From the NCBI GenBank assembly GCA_035693145.1, contig DASSHA010000037.1, positions 1-60,193 of the forward strand: a stretch of 60,193 nt of DNA, written 5' to 3'. The notes below the pieces were generated by a model. That model searched no databases. It saw only the letters and a program-made list of their open reading frames with translations, and was not told where the DNA came from. Below are positions 35,019 to 45,526 of this stretch, one piece after another. The DNA is from Candidatus Limnocylindrales bacterium. GTDB lineage: Bacteria; Chloroflexota; Limnocylindria; Limnocylindrales; CSP1-4. Position 1 is the stretch's first letter; every line of letters begins with the position of its first letter. A program made the position numbers and the translations under genes.

Positions 35019-35876
35019 TTAGGCGGCGGCGCCCGATCGGAAGCGTGAAGGCAGGGCCACCGCGACGCCCTCGCCTCCCCGGCGGAACGCGAGCCGGTCG
35101 ATGCCGGCCTCCGCGACGACACGATAGCCGTCGTCCAGCCCGTGGGCGAAGTGGTTCTTTCGGTGGGCGTCCGAGCCGACGGTCACCCGTTCGCCGCCGA
35201 GCTCGTGGTACCAGCTGACGACCCACGGCGCGGGATACGTCTCACCGGCATCGTGCCGCAGGCCGCTGGTGTTGACCTCGAGGGCCGTCCCGGACTCGAC
35301 GAGCGCCCGCAGGCTCTCCTCGAACAGCTCGGGTGCTCCGGCGAGCGCGCTCGCCGGGACGTGCGGGTGGAGGTAGCGCTTGACGACATCGAGGTGGCCG
35401 ATCGTGTCGAAGAGCCGCGACCGAGCGGCCGCGGTCACCTCCTCGAAGTACGGCGCGAGGACGTCGTGCAGCGAGCTCGTGCGAATCCACGCCGCCACAC
35501 CTGCGCCTCGATAGGGTGAGTCGGGCCAGTCGTGGACCGAGCCGATCGTGTAGTCGTAGCGGTGCCTTGCGAGGTGCGCTCGGACGTCGTCCTCCCAGCG
35601 GCGGTTGTACGTCAGCTCGGCACCGAACCGGACAGCAACGCCCTTCGGTGCCCAGCGTTCGGCCGCTTCGCGCACGGTCCGCTCGCGCGTCGCGAAGTCG
35701 CGGTAGTCGTACGCGGGATCCCGTGGATCGAAGTCGACGTGATCGGTGATCGCCAGCTCGGCGATCCCCTGCTCGACGGCGAGTGCGCAATAGACGTCGA
35801 TCGGGACATTCGAGTCGGGAGACAGATCGGTGTGGAGATGCGTGTCGAGCGGGAGGTCCGTCCCGGTTTCCGTCAC
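35019..35876 (-). CDS. PHP-family histidinol-phosphatase-like hydrolase
   Basis: LDTHLHTDLSPDS, ITDHVDF, IGHLD and GSDAH form the PHP metal-binding histidine pattern. GTG 35876 overlaps the kbl stop (GTGA). Confidence 0.8.
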   Translation of the reverse strand: MTETGTDLPLDTHLHTDLSPDSNVPIDVYCALAVEQGIAELAITDHVDFDPRDPAYDYRDFATRERTVREAAERWAPKGVAVRFGAELTYNRRWEDDVRAHLARHRYDYTIGSVHDWPDSPYRGAGVAAWIRTSSLHDVLAPYFEEVTAAARSRLFDTIGHLDVVKRYLHPHVPASALAGAPELFEESLRALVESGTALEVNTSGLRHDAGETYPAPWVVSWYHELGGERVTVGSDAHRKNHFAHGLDDGYRVVAEAGIDRLAFRRGGEGVAVALPSRFRSGAAA

Positions 35877-37126
35877 CCGGCGATGAGCCCGAGGCGGTGG
35901 CCCACGCGATCGAAGGCGGTCAGGGCACGGTCCAGATGCTCGTCGGTCAGCGCCGCCGTGACGATCGTTCGGAGCCGCGCCCGGTCGAGCGCGACGGTCG
36001 GGTAGACGACCGACGTCGCGAAGACGCCGTCGGCCAGCAGCTCGTCGCTGAACCGGATCGCGGCCTCCGCGGCGCCGACGATCACCGGCGTGATCGGTGT
36101 CTCGGACGACCCGGTATCGAAGCCGAGGCGCGTCAGCTCGGCCTTGAACCGCTTCGTGTTCGCCCACAGCCGGTCCAGCAGCTGCGGCTCGTCCTGCATG
36201 ATCCGGACGGCCTCGAGGCACGCCGCGGCGACGGCCGGCGGATGTGACGTGGAGAAGAGGAACGGCCGTGCTCTCTGAGTCAGCCACTCGCGCAGGGCGG
36301 CCGAACCCGCGACATAGCCGCCGAGCACGCCGACGGCCTTCGAGAGCGTCCCGACCTGGACCGCGACGCGACCGTGGAGGTCGAAATGGTCGACCGTCCC
36401 GCGTCCGTTTCGGCCGAGCACGCCGGACGCGTGGGCGTCGTCGATGAAGACGGCCGCGCCGACCTCCTCCGCGGCCTCGACGATGCCGGGCAGCGGAGCG
36501 ATGTCGCCGTCCATGCTGAACACGCCATCGGTCACGACGAGGATCAGCCGGTACGGCTCGCCCTGGTGGCCGGGATCCTCGCGGCCACGCTCCTGCGCCG
36601 CCTGGAGGGTCGTTCGGAGGGCGTCCACGTCGGCGTGCGGATAGATCTTCCGGGGCGCCTTGGAGAGGCGCATCCCGTCGATGATCGACGCATGGTTGAG
36701 CTGGTCTCCGACGATCAGGTCGCGCTCGTCGGCGATCGCGGGAATGACGCCGGTATTCGCGGTGAAGCCCGACTGGAACGTCAGAACCGCCTCGGTCTGC
36801 TTGAAGGCCGCGAGCTCGGATTCGAGCTGCTCGTGCACGCTCATGGTCCCGGCGATCGTTCTGACGGCTCCTGAGCCGGCGCCCAGCTCACGGACCGCTC
36901 GTTCGGCCGCCGCCTTCATCCGTGGATGGTGGGTCAGGCCGAGGTAGTCGTTCGAGGAGAGGCTGACGACGCGCCGGCCGTCGAGCTCGATCTCGGGACC
37001 CTGCTCGCCGGACATGACGCGAAGCGGTCGGTAGAGGTGGTCGCGGCGGAGCTTCTCGACGTCGTCGGCGAGGAACGCCAAGGGGTCAGTTCCGGTGGCA
37101 GCTGCGTGCGCGGTCGGCGTGGTCAT
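35873..37126 (-). CDS. kbl: glycine C-acetyltransferase (2-amino-3-ketobutyrate CoA ligase)
   Basis: SNDYLGL, FQSGFTANTG, DDAHASG and GTLSKAVG (the PLP lysine). GGAGGA RBS upstream. Confidence 0.88.
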   Translation of the reverse strand: MTTPTAHAAATGTDPLAFLADDVEKLRRDHLYRPLRVMSGEQGPEIELDGRRVVSLSSNDYLGLTHHPRMKAAAERAVRELGAGSGAVRTIAGTMSVHEQLESELAAFKQTEAVLTFQSGFTANTGVIPAIADERDLIVGDQLNHASIIDGMRLSKAPRKIYPHADVDALRTTLQAAQERGREDPGHQGEPYRLILVVTDGVFSMDGDIAPLPGIVEAAEEVGAAVFIDDAHASGVLGRNGRGTVDHFDLHGRVAVQVGTLSKAVGVLGGYVAGSAALREWLTQRARPFLFSTSHPPAVAAACLEAVRIMQDEPQLLDRLWANTKRFKAELTRLGFDTGSSETPITPVIVGAAEAAIRFSDELLADGVFATSVVYPTVALDRARLRTIVTAALTDEHLDRALTAFDRVGHRLGLIAG

Positions 37127-37493
37127 CGTGGTCCTCCGCTCCCATTCTCGCAGGGCCGAGGGTCGCTGGCGTTTTGGGTGGCTTCCGGCGATGGCCCACT
37201 CAGTGGGTCGTATCCGCGAGCGTGTCGTCGGATTCGTTCCGCCGTGCCAGCGGCCGGGTCAGGGCGGCGCGTCTCGTGGCGACAGTCGGTGACAGCGGCT
37301 CACGGGATGGGCCGTTGTCAGAGCCGGGCTGTCAAAGGCCCACAGGGTTGGCCATCGGCAGTGCATCGAGCGGATCGCGCCCGTACGGCCCGTCGGGTGG
37401 CCTGGCGTCAGCGAATGAGGCAACCCGCCGCCTCACGGCCCACGGGGAGAGCCGCTGCGCAACCGTGCACGTGCCTGCGGGGCCCGGGCGATC

Positions 37494-38522
37494 TCAGCTC
37501 TGCCAATTCAGAATGACCTTCCCGGAATCGCCCGAGCGGGCGGCGGCGAACGCCGCCGCGAAGTCGCGGAACGCGAAGCGGTGGGTGATCGCCGGGCGGA
37601 TGTCGAGCCCCGACTCGAGCATGACCGTCATCTTGTACCAGGTCTCGTACATCTCGCGACCGTAGATCCCCTTGATGGTCAGCATCTTGAAGACCACCTC
37701 GGTCAGGTCGATCGGGATCTCCTCGGTCGGCAGGCCGAGCGCCGCCAGCCCAGCGCCGTGGGCCATGTTCGCGATCGCCGTTCGGAAGGCCGTCGGGTTG
37801 CCGGACATCTCGAGGACGACGTCGAAGCCCTCGACCATCCCGAGCTCACGCTGGACGTCGCCGAGGTCACGTTCGCGCGGGTCGATCGAGACGGTTGCGC
37901 CCATCGCGTCGGCGAGGCGCCGACGGAACGCATTCGGCTCGGACACGACGACGAAGCGCGCTCCGGCGTGGCGGACGACGGCCGTCGCCATCAGCCCGAT
38001 CGGTCCGGCACCGCTGACGAGGACGTCTTCGCCGAGGACGGGAAACGCGAGCGCGGTGTGGACGGCGTTGCCGAACGGGTCGAAGATCGCGGCGACGTCC
38101 TCGTCGATCCCCGGCGCGTGATGCCAGACGTTCGTCATCGGCAGCACCACGTACTCGGCAAACGCGCCGTCGCGCCCGACGCCGAGGCCGATCGCGTGGG
38201 CGCACAGGTGGCGCCGACCGGCGAGGCAGTGCCGGCAGCGGCCGCACGTGACGTGGCCCTCGCCGCTCACGAGCTCACCGGGATGGAAGTCGCTGACGTT
38301 GCTGCCGACCTCGACGATCTCGCCGACGAACTCGTGGCCGACGATGAGCGGCGGCTCGATCGTCCGCGCCGCCCAGGCATCCCAGGCCTCGATGTGGAGG
38401 TCCGTGCCGCAGATGCCCGTCCTGTGGACGCTGATCAGGACATCGTTGATGCCGACGGTGGGCATCGGAACGTCGCGCAGCTCGAGGCCGGGGCCGGGCG
38501 CGGACTTGACGAGCGCGAGCAC
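37494..38522 (-). CDS. tdh: L-threonine 3-dehydrogenase
   Basis: [42 protein letters not shown] and GAGPIGLM. Confidence 0.92.
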   Translation of the reverse strand: MLALVKSAPGPGLELRDVPMPTVGINDVLISVHRTGICGTDLHIEAWDAWAARTIEPPLIVGHEFVGEIVEVGSNVSDFHPGELVSGEGHVTCGRCRHCLAGRRHLCAHAIGLGVGRDGAFAEYVVLPMTNVWHHAPGIDEDVAAIFDPFGNAVHTALAFPVLGEDVLVSGAGPIGLMATAVVRHAGARFVVVSEPNAFRRRLADAMGATVSIDPRERDLGDVQRELGMVEGFDVVLEMSGNPTAFRTAIANMAHGAGLAALGLPTEEIPIDLTEVVFKMLTIKGIYGREMYETWYKMTVMLESGLDIRPAITHRFAFRDFAAAFAAARSGDSGKVILNWQS

Positions 38523-38526
38523 GACG

Positions 38527-39390
38527 TCAGTCTGCGCCGGGCCGGCCGTGCAGGTCGTCCGTCCAGTTGACGATCGGATTTTCGACCGAACCGATCCCCT
38601 CGACCTCGACGCGGACGCGGTCGCCCGGCTCGAGGAAGAGCGGTGGGTCGCGGAAGACGCCGACGCCGGCGGGGGTCCCGGTCGAGATGACGTCGCCGGG
38701 CTCGAGCGTGATGGAGGCGCTCACGAACTCGATGAGCGCCGGGATGTCGAAGATCATGTCGGCGGTCGTCCCGTCCTGCATGAGGAGGGCTCGGCCAGCG
38801 CCCGGGCCGCGGCTGGGAATCCGCCAGCTCCGGAGGTGGAGGTCCTGCGGTTCTCCGATCTCGTCGGCGGTCACGAGGACGGGCCCCATCGGCAGGAACG
38901 TGTCCGAGCCCTTGGCCCGCAGCCACTGGCCGTCCCCGTGCTCGCCCTCACGCAGCGCCGCCCTCTGTCCCTGCCAGTCGCGCGCGGTCACGTCGTTCAC
39001 GACGACGTAGCCGGCGACGTGATCCGCGGCGTCGGCGCGAGTCACGCGGCGGGCGGTCCGGCCGATGATGACCCCGAGCTCGACCTCGAGATCGAGCGCG
39101 CGCGTCCCCGGCGGCCGAACGATCGGTTCGGCGTCGGCGATCACCGCGTTCGCGAACTTGGCGAACAGCGTCGGGCGGTCCGGCAGCCGAATGTGCTGCT
39201 CCTCGACGTGATCGCGGTAGTTCAGCCCGATGCAGACGATCTTCCCGGGCCGCGGGACGGCCGGCGCCGGCACGAGGGCCTCCCTCGCCAGTCTCTCGAT
39301 GGTCTGGCCCGTGGTAACGACGACGTCCGAACCGTCGATTCGGCCGGTTCGGACCCCGCCGTCGTCGCCCCTGAAGCTGAACAGGCGCAT
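38527..39390 (-). CDS. fumarylacetoacetate hydrolase (FAH) family protein
   Basis: [24 protein letters not shown] and [18 protein letters not shown]. Confidence 0.88.
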   Translation of the reverse strand: MRLFSFRGDDGGVRTGRIDGSDVVVTTGQTIERLAREALVPAPAVPRPGKIVCIGLNYRDHVEEQHIRLPDRPTLFAKFANAVIADAEPIVRPPGTRALDLEVELGVIIGRTARRVTRADAADHVAGYVVVNDVTARDWQGQRAALREGEHGDGQWLRAKGSDTFLPMGPVLVTADEIGEPQDLHLRSWRIPSRGPGAGRALLMQDGTTADMIFDIPALIEFVSASITLEPGDVISTGTPAGVGVFRDPPLFLEPGDRVRVEVEGIGSVENPIVNWTDDLHGRPGAD

Positions 39391-39403
39391 CGCGCGCCGC
39401 CGA

Positions 39404-40393
39404 TCAGCTCGGGCTGGCGGACGCCGCGGCCGACGGCTCCGTCGAAGGCGCCGCCGAGGGGACGACCGAACCGCTCGCCGCGGGCGAGGCCGACGCCGGG
39501 ACGCTCGGCGACGGCGACGCCGTCGTGCACTGCGGCTCCGGGTTCGCCCGCTCGCCGTACCGGGCGTAGAAGGCGAGGATGCGGTCCGGGTCGAAGGAGT
39601 CGAGGTACATCACCCGGTCCCAGACGATCGCCGCGAAGGCATGCGGCATCTGCTCGAACCTCGTGACGACCGGCGAGACGACCCCCGCCCTGACGTTGCA
39701 GACGGGGCTGTTCGGGAACGTCGCGACGAACTGCTTGAGCTGCTGCTGCGTCTGATCGCCACCCGCGTCGCCCTTGTACAGCACGACGAGCGCGCCATGC
39801 TCGAGGTTGTGGACCCAGCCCTGCGGCACCGTCTGTTCGTCCGGCGCGTAGTACCGCGCCGCGATGGGTCCGTACTGGCTCGTCGTGTTGTGCGGCCCCG
39901 ACGCCGGCGGGCAGAAGTCGTAGCGCTGGAACGTGCCGGGGTTCAGGTGCGTCTTGCCGCGATCCGACTGCGGCGCGCCGCTGGGGCTCGTGTCGCCCTG
40001 GGCGCTGAACGTCGTCGAGCAGGCGTACAGCGGCTGGGTCGCCTGGAAGAAGACGAAGCCGGCGACGACCAGGACGATCGCGAGCACGCCGACGCCCAGG
40101 ATCGCCATCCGGTGGCGCTCGAGGAACGGCCGCGAATCGCGATACGTTCGCGCTGGTCGGGGACGTCGAGCCGAAGCGGGACGGCTGGCCGGACGCGCCC
40201 CTGCCACCCCCTCGCCGCCCGTCGCCGCGCGGGCGAGGCCGACCCGCGGGACGTCGACGGCCGGAGCGTCGCTCGCACCTCCGGCGGCGGCAGCCGGCAG
40301 CGGACCACCGGCCGACGGACCCGGCCGTGAGATGGTGGGGGCGCCGCTGGGCGGGCGAGCGGCGCGTTGGGATGCACGAGATCGCTTGCTCAC
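39404..40393 (-). CDS. DUF3105-like membrane-anchored protein
   Basis: Basic N-terminal tail, one TM segment (ILGVGVLAIVLVVAGFVFF), then PQGWVHNLEHGALVVLY, which resembles the DUF3105 core. Ser/Pro/Ala-rich C-terminus. Confidence 0.6.
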   Translation of the reverse strand: MSKRSRASQRAARPPSGAPTISRPGPSAGGPLPAAAAGGASDAPAVDVPRVGLARAATGGEGVAGARPASRPASARRPRPARTYRDSRPFLERHRMAILGVGVLAIVLVVAGFVFFQATQPLYACSTTFSAQGDTSPSGAPQSDRGKTHLNPGTFQRYDFCPPASGPHNTTSQYGPIAARYYAPDEQTVPQGWVHNLEHGALVVLYKGDAGGDQTQQQLKQFVATFPNSPVCNVRAGVVSPVVTRFEQMPHAFAAIVWDRVMYLDSFDPDRILAFYARYGERANPEPQCTTASPSPSVPASASPAASGSVVPSAAPSTEPSAAASASPS

Positions 40394-40510
40394 TCGGAAA
40401 CCTCGGGTCCACCGGCCGGACAGAATCGCCCGCGGCGAGTCAGAAGGGTCGAACCAGCGCGCGACGGGGTGGCGCGCTCCCGAAATGTACCCGCGATCGT
40501 TCGATCGGCG

Positions 40511-40861
40511 CTATGGCTCGCTCAGCCAGGCCCGAGCGGACGGTCGGGTCAGGCCGAGGAACAGCACGACCGCGAACGCAGCGACGATCAGCGCCTCGAC
40601 CGCCAGACCGGTCACGACGAGCAGCGGGACCGCCGGGATCGTGAGGCTGGCGAGGCCGAGCGCGAGGGGACGCGCGGCCTCCTTGCGCTGGAGCGTCAGG
40701 GTCGTGGTGAAGATCGTGTAGGCGAGGAGGCCCATGACGACGACGCCGAGCGGGCTGATCGGGATCGCGATGGCCTGTTCGACGACCGTCCGGAGCGAGA
40801 GCGCGATGAGCCCGAGTACGAGGAACGCGTAGCCAAGGAAGATGCGGATGCCGGGCGGCAT
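40511..40861 (-). CDS. small membrane protein (about 116 aa, 3-4 TM)
   Basis: From ATG 40861 (MPPGIRIFLGYAFLVLGLIAL...). Hydrophobic throughout. The start is uncertain; GTG about 40937 is also in frame. Confidence 0.45.
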   Translation of the reverse strand: MPPGIRIFLGYAFLVLGLIALSLRTVVEQAIAIPISPLGVVVMGLLAYTIFTTTLTLQRKEAARPLALGLASLTIPAVPLLVVTGLAVEALIVAAFAVVLFLGLTRPSARAWLSEP

Positions 40862-40980
40862 CGCCCGGAGCGTCGCCAGCGCTCCCGCGGGTTCGCCGGC
40901 TCGTTGGCCGTCCTTCGACGGCGCCGAGCGTGTCACGTGCCAGACGGTAGCGGAAAGGCCGGCCAACGGCCGGCTGCCAC

Positions 40981-41631
40981 GTGATACGTGATACTCCCGG
41001 TCTCGTGACCAACCTTCCGACGCAGCTCGAACCGACGCTCGCCTCGCGACTTGCGGACCACGTGGACGCCGAGCGCAAGCTCGGGCGTGCGCTCGAATCA
41101 CTCGGTCCCTTGCGGGATCGAGACGTCGCGCTGCTGGACGGGGGGGCGATCGGCCGGCGGGAGGCGGAGGCGATCGGGGCACGCGTGACCGCAGTGGCGT
41201 CCGCCGAGGCGACTGGCCTCCCAGAGGCGTCGATGGACGCCGTGCTGTCGCTCTGGTCGGCGTTCCGCGGACCCGATCCCGCGCAGGTCGCCGAGGCCGA
41301 TCGGATCCTGCGTCCCGGCGGTCGACTGCTCGTCGTCCACGATTACGGACGTGACGACATTTCGAGGCTGCGTCCGGGGGACCACCCGGAGTACGGACCG
41401 TGGAGCCGGCGCGAAGGCCCGTTCCTCGCGGCTGGCTGGAGGATCCGCGTGGTCCACTGCTGGTGGACGTTCGACTCGCTCGACGACGCGGCGACGGCGC
41501 TCGAAGCCGCCTTCGGGACGCTCGGCGCGGACCTGGCCGCGGGTCTCACGCGTCCTCGGCTCTCCTACAACGTCGCGATCTACCACCGAAGCCGGTCGAT
41601 GCCTGCCGACGGAGGCGGAGAGTCGGCATGA
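40981..41631 (+). CDS. SAM-dependent methyltransferase-like protein
   Basis: DAVLSLWSAF...ADRILRPGGRLLVVHDY resembles post-I/II methyltransferase motifs. The glycine-rich motif I is weak (VALLDGGAIG). Confidence 0.5.
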   Translation: MIRDTPGLVTNLPTQLEPTLASRLADHVDAERKLGRALESLGPLRDRDVALLDGGAIGRREAEAIGARVTAVASAEATGLPEASMDAVLSLWSAFRGPDPAQVAEADRILRPGGRLLVVHDYGRDDISRLRPGDHPEYGPWSRREGPFLAAGWRIRVVHCWWTFDSLDDAATALEAAFGTLGADLAAGLTRPRLSYNVAIYHRSRSMPADGGGESA

Positions 41632-42041
41632 GCTGGCGCGACGACGTTGGCCGTGACGATGGCGGTCGGTCGCAGTACGAGGACGATCCGTGGCGTCCGG
41701 CAGCGGCGCCGGGCCGCCCCGCGTCGCACCCGCGCCGCCGCCTCGTCACGCCGACCCGTGTGACGCTCGCGATCGCTTTGATCGGATCCGTCCTCTACCT
41801 GGGCTACGCGATCACCGTCCGTGACACCCGGCAGATCCCGCTGTTGGCATCGGGCGCCGCGGTCCTCGGGCTCGTCTTCGGCGCGCTCGCGCTGGCAGGT
41901 GGCGTCTCGACGTACCGAGCCGGCCGCGACGGCCGCATGGCGGCTGCGCTCGGGTTCGCGATCGCCGGCGGCGTCGCGGGGCTCGCGGCGGCCGGCGCGA
42001 TCGCGTTCGCGCTCGTCCTTACGCTCGCCTACAGACCCTAG
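41628..42041 (+). CDS. small membrane protein (137 aa)
   Basis: ATG 41628 overlaps the previous stop (ATGA). Charged N-terminus followed by three hydrophobic segments. Confidence 0.5.
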   Translation: MSWRDDVGRDDGGRSQYEDDPWRPAAAPGRPASHPRRRLVTPTRVTLAIALIGSVLYLGYAITVRDTRQIPLLASGAAVLGLVFGALALAGGVSTYRAGRDGRMAAALGFAIAGGVAGLAAAGAIAFALVLTLAYRP

Positions 42042-42085
42042 GGCTCCTTTGGGCGCCGATGCTAGAGTGACCGTCGCCCGGCCGC

Positions 42086-42162
42086 GCCCCCATCGTCTAG
42101 AGGCCTAGGACGCCACCCTTTCAAGGTGGAGATCGCCGGTTCGAATCCGGCTGGGGGTACCA
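42086..42162 (+). tRNA. tRNA-Glu (anticodon TTC), CCA encoded
   Basis: Folded by hand: acceptor GCCCCCA/TGGGGGT, D arm GTCT-AGAGGCCTA-GGAC, anticodon arm CCACC-CTTTCAA-GGTGG, T arm GCCGG-TTCGAAT-CCGGC, discriminator A plus CCA. Confidence 0.93.
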
Positions 42163-42214
42163 GCCTGCCGCTCGCGGCCTTCGCACCGGACCCGCTGCTA
42201 CCATCGGCCGCGAG

Positions 42215-42577
42215 ATGGAGATCATGGGGATCCGGATCCCGACGATCGTGCACGACAACATCGCGCGTCGTTGCGACGGCTGCGGCGAGGTCATCGACGG
42301 CACGCCCTGGCGGCTGAACGTCCTCGATATCGTCGCCCCGGAGATCGCCCCGAGCTGGACCGAGGCCCCGGCGATCAATCCGGGCCCCTTCCAGTTCCAC
42401 TCGGACCCGGCGCACGTCCGGACGTGGATGCGCCGGAAGGGCTACCTCTTCTGTCGCAAGGGACAGGTCCGCGAGATCATGCGGCCCGTCCCGATCCCGG
42501 CGTCCGCGGCGGGCGAATCGCGCTGGGCGCTGTGCGACGGGCTCCACCGCGACGACCACGAGGTCGTTCCGGCCTGA
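42215..42577 (+). CDS. hypothetical protein (120 aa)
   Basis: ORF with reasonable composition (CDGCGEVIDGTPWRL...HSDPAHVRTWMRRKGYLFCRKG). No family recognised. Confidence 0.4.
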   Translation: MEIMGIRIPTIVHDNIARRCDGCGEVIDGTPWRLNVLDIVAPEIAPSWTEAPAINPGPFQFHSDPAHVRTWMRRKGYLFCRKGQVREIMRPVPIPASAAGESRWALCDGLHRDDHEVVPA

Positions 42578-42592
42578 CGCCTGGCGGCACGC

Positions 42593-44227
42593 CTACGGTC
42601 GCTGGATCCGGACGTCGTCGAGGGCCGCCTCGACGAGGTTGTGCGGCGACCCATCCGCGGCGCGGAACACGATCCTGATCGTCCGGCCTGACCAGCGCGT
42701 GAGCGGAATCGAGCGGGCGACCCAGGCGGCGTCGTCGTCGACCGCCGTCGCCGTCTCGCTGTAGACCTCCGTCCGGACGTTCGTCCCGAGGTCCCAGACG
42801 TAGACGCGGAAGTAGTCGGTGGACGTCGAGGCCTTCGAGTGCGCGAAGTAGTAGCGGAACGTGAGCGGGCCGGGCGTCGCGGGCAGGGTCACGGTGGGTG
42901 AGGCCGCGGTCGTCGTCCCGTCGAGGTCGTACGAGCCGGGCGTCGAGCCCGCTGGGACGCCCGTCACCATCGCCCGCCGGCCGGAGGCCGTCGTCGTCAG
43001 CTGCTTCGGCCCGTCGCTCGACACGCCGGACGGGTCTCCGCGCGTCCACGTCCCCCCGGTCGCCGTGTCCGTCCCGAAGGGGTTGTACTTCCAGCCTGTC
43101 CGGGTCAGCTCGAAGTCCTCGTACAGCGGCCCGCAGTCCTGCTTCTCGAGGTGCGCGTCCTGGTAGGGGCATGCCGCAGCGTCGATGAGGTGGAGGATCG
43201 CCGCCCGGTTGCGGGCCGTCTCCCGCGGGATCACCTCGTCCGGCGGGTAGTGGTTCTTCCAGACCGTGCCCTGCTCGACGGGGTAGAGCTCGAACGTGAA
43301 CGTGAAGATCCGATAGCGGCCGTAGAGCCAGTCGATCTCGTCGCCATCGGTGACGTACAGCTCGCTCGACTGCTCGGCGGTGTAGCCGTTCGTGGCCGCC
43401 ATCGCCCGACCGAGCGCGACGAAGGCGGTGTGGTCGTCCTTCGTCATGTCGGCCGGGACGTCGGTCTTCGTGTGCCCGTACGGCCAGAGGATGAGCTCGT
43501 CGTTCGTGTGGAGCGTGATGTGGGTCCGGATCTGCTGGACGCCGCCGACGACGCGCGAGTTGACGAAGTCGCGGACGACGCGCGTCTCGGGCGCCGAGAA
43601 CGGCTTCGGCCCGCGGTAGTTCCAGGCCGCCGTGCTGCCCGACGAGCCGCCGCAGCAGCCCCAGTCGTAGTCGTAGTTGCGGTTCAGGTCCGTGCCGACG
43701 TTGCTGCTGCCGGCGTTCGGCTGGCGGTTCTTCCGCCAGGCCCGGTACGGGTCGCCGGTGAGGTCGTACTCGAACCCGTCGGGGTTGACCGCGAGGATGA
43801 TCCAGACCTCGCGGCTGTCGACGAGCCGCTTCACCGTGGCGTCCTGCGCGTAGCCGTTGGCGAGGACGTGCAGGACGTACAGCGCCTGCTCGACGGTCAG
43901 GTGCTCCCGCGCGTGGTGGAGCGCGTCGATGAGGACCTCGGGCTCGTTCTCGTCCGTCCCGACGTTGTCGCTCACCTTCGCCGCCCAGATGTCACGGCCC
44001 TGGTAGCTCTTGCCGATCGAGAGGACGCGAACGATGTCCGGGTGGGCGGCGGCCGTCGCCTTGATGTCGGAGACCATCTCCGCGTAGCTGTGATACCCGG
44101 CATCGGACGATGGGAAGTCCGCGGCGGCCGCAGGGCGGGCGTCGGTCGCGAGCGTTCCCAGCGAGAGGAGGGCTGCGAGCAGCGCGCCGATGAGGACTCG
44201 TGACGGGCGGCGAGGGGCGACAGGCAT
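42593..44227 (-). CDS. secreted M14-family zinc carboxypeptidase with a C-terminal beta-rich domain
   Basis: ATG 44227 gives the signal peptide [52 protein letters not shown], and [13 protein letters not shown] (HxxE zinc site). Confidence 0.88.
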   Translation of the reverse strand: MPVAPRRPSRVLIGALLAALLSLGTLATDARPAAAADFPSSDAGYHSYAEMVSDIKATAAAHPDIVRVLSIGKSYQGRDIWAAKVSDNVGTDENEPEVLIDALHHAREHLTVEQALYVLHVLANGYAQDATVKRLVDSREVWIILAVNPDGFEYDLTGDPYRAWRKNRQPNAGSSNVGTDLNRNYDYDWGCCGGSSGSTAAWNYRGPKPFSAPETRVVRDFVNSRVVGGVQQIRTHITLHTNDELILWPYGHTKTDVPADMTKDDHTAFVALGRAMAATNGYTAEQSSELYVTDGDEIDWLYGRYRIFTFTFELYPVEQGTVWKNHYPPDEVIPRETARNRAAILHLIDAAACPYQDAHLEKQDCGPLYEDFELTRTGWKYNPFGTDTATGGTWTRGDPSGVSSDGPKQLTTTASGRRAMVTGVPAGSTPGSYDLDGTTTAASPTVTLPATPGPLTFRYYFAHSKASTSTDYFRVYVWDLGTNVRTEVYSETATAVDDDAAWVARSIPLTRWSGRTIRIVFRAADGSPHNLVEAALDDVRIQRP

Positions 44228-44352
44228 GACGGCAGGGTGAGGCCCCGAACGGCGGCGGACAAGGTGCCCGATCAGGCCGGTCCCGACCCGGACCGCTGGC
44301 GGCAGCCGGATGGTTTCCGAGTCGCGCCGCCGTGTGTCGCACAATTGGCGCG

Positions 44353-45456
44353 ATGTCCATCGCCGTTCTCCTCCCCGGCGTCACGTCCGTCCTCGCGCTC
44401 GCCTTCGCGCTCGCGCTCGTGGACCAGTGGCGCGACCGCCGCCACGGCTACCAGGCCGTGTGGGCCATCGGCATGCTGTGGTTCGGGATCGCGTCGGGGT
44501 GCGAGGCACTGGCGGCGGCATCCGGTTGGAGCGAGACCCTCTACCGCACCTGGTACCTGACGGGCGCCGTCTGGACGGCCGGCTGGCTGGGGCTCGGAAC
44601 GGCGTTCCTCCTGGGTCGCACCCGGTTCGGCTACGCCTTCGCGCTCTGCCTCTTCCTGGCCGGGCTGTTCACGTTCCTCGTCCGCACGAAACCCGAGTAC
44701 GCGAACGCCGGAACGGCGCCGCTGCTCTACTTCGTGGCCGCCGGCGTGCTGGCCCTCGCGGTCGCCGTCGAGACCTACTTCCAGAACGATCGCTGGCCGA
44801 TCCTCGCCGCGGTCGCGGTCGTCGGGGCGACGATCCTGTCCGCCGTCCTGACGGCCGGTGCGCCGCTGCCTGCCCCGGGCTACGCGCTCGACCCCGCCAC
44901 CGGGCAGCCGGTCGCGACGCTCTTCCCGGCCGTCCTGCGGCTGCTGACGCCGTTCATGAACGTGACCGGCGCGTTCGCGCTCACGCTCGGCGCGGTGTTC
45001 TCGGCGTACGTGTTCATGCCGAAGCGACGCGTCCTCGCGTACTCGCTGGACCCGGAGCAGTCCGGCGACTCGTTCCTCTTCAACCTCGCGATCTCGGTCG
45101 TCGCCTTTCCGGTCAACTTCGTCGCATCGTTGCCCGGCGCGGCCCGCGCGATTGCCGACCGGAGGATCCATTCGCGCGTCCCGGCAACGATCCTCATCGC
45201 GCTCGGTGCGTTCGTCGCCACCGCCGGCGACACGCTCAACCGCTTCGGGATCACGAGCCCGTTCGAACTCGCCAAGCTCGTCGCCGTCGTGCTCCTGTTC
45301 GCGGGCTTCCTCGTCTCGATCGACGTCTTCCGCGAGTTCCGCATCCCGTTCACCTCCATCCGCCTCGGCGGACCGAGGCGGGAACGGGCCGCGATCGAGG
45401 AAGAACGCGCCGCCGCGACGCCGACCCGGCCGCTCGAGGTGACCGACCGCCGCTGA
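44353..45456 (+). CDS. polytopic membrane protein of unknown function
   Basis: Starts at ATG 44353 ([10 protein letters not shown]...), has about 10 TM segments and a charged C-terminal tail. Confidence 0.6.
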   Translation: MSIAVLLPGVTSVLALAFALALVDQWRDRRHGYQAVWAIGMLWFGIASGCEALAAASGWSETLYRTWYLTGAVWTAGWLGLGTAFLLGRTRFGYAFALCLFLAGLFTFLVRTKPEYANAGTAPLLYFVAAGVLALAVAVETYFQNDRWPILAAVAVVGATILSAVLTAGAPLPAPGYALDPATGQPVATLFPAVLRLLTPFMNVTGAFALTLGAVFSAYVFMPKRRVLAYSLDPEQSGDSFLFNLAISVVAFPVNFVASLPGAARAIADRRIHSRVPATILIALGAFVATAGDTLNRFGITSPFELAKLVAVVLLFAGFLVSIDVFREFRIPFTSIRLGGPRRERAAIEEERAAATPTRPLEVTDRR

Positions 45457-45526
45457 CGTCCATCCGGGAGGCGGCCGGACCACGGGTATACTCGACGCCG
45501 CCCACCCAATCGCCCGCGAAGGTTCG

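Noticed and set aside
42086-42162. G1-U72 wobble at the top of the tRNA-Glu acceptor stem as a possible anomaly or pseudo-tRNA
   Set aside because: As far as I recall, actinobacterial-type tRNA-Glu genes normally read GCCCCC...GGGGGTACCA. All four arms fold perfectly, so it looks functional.
42163-42592. Genomic island or integrated element next to tRNA-Glu
   Set aside because: There is no integrase, no direct repeat of the tRNA 3' end, and only one small hypothetical ORF before ordinary chromosomal genes resume.
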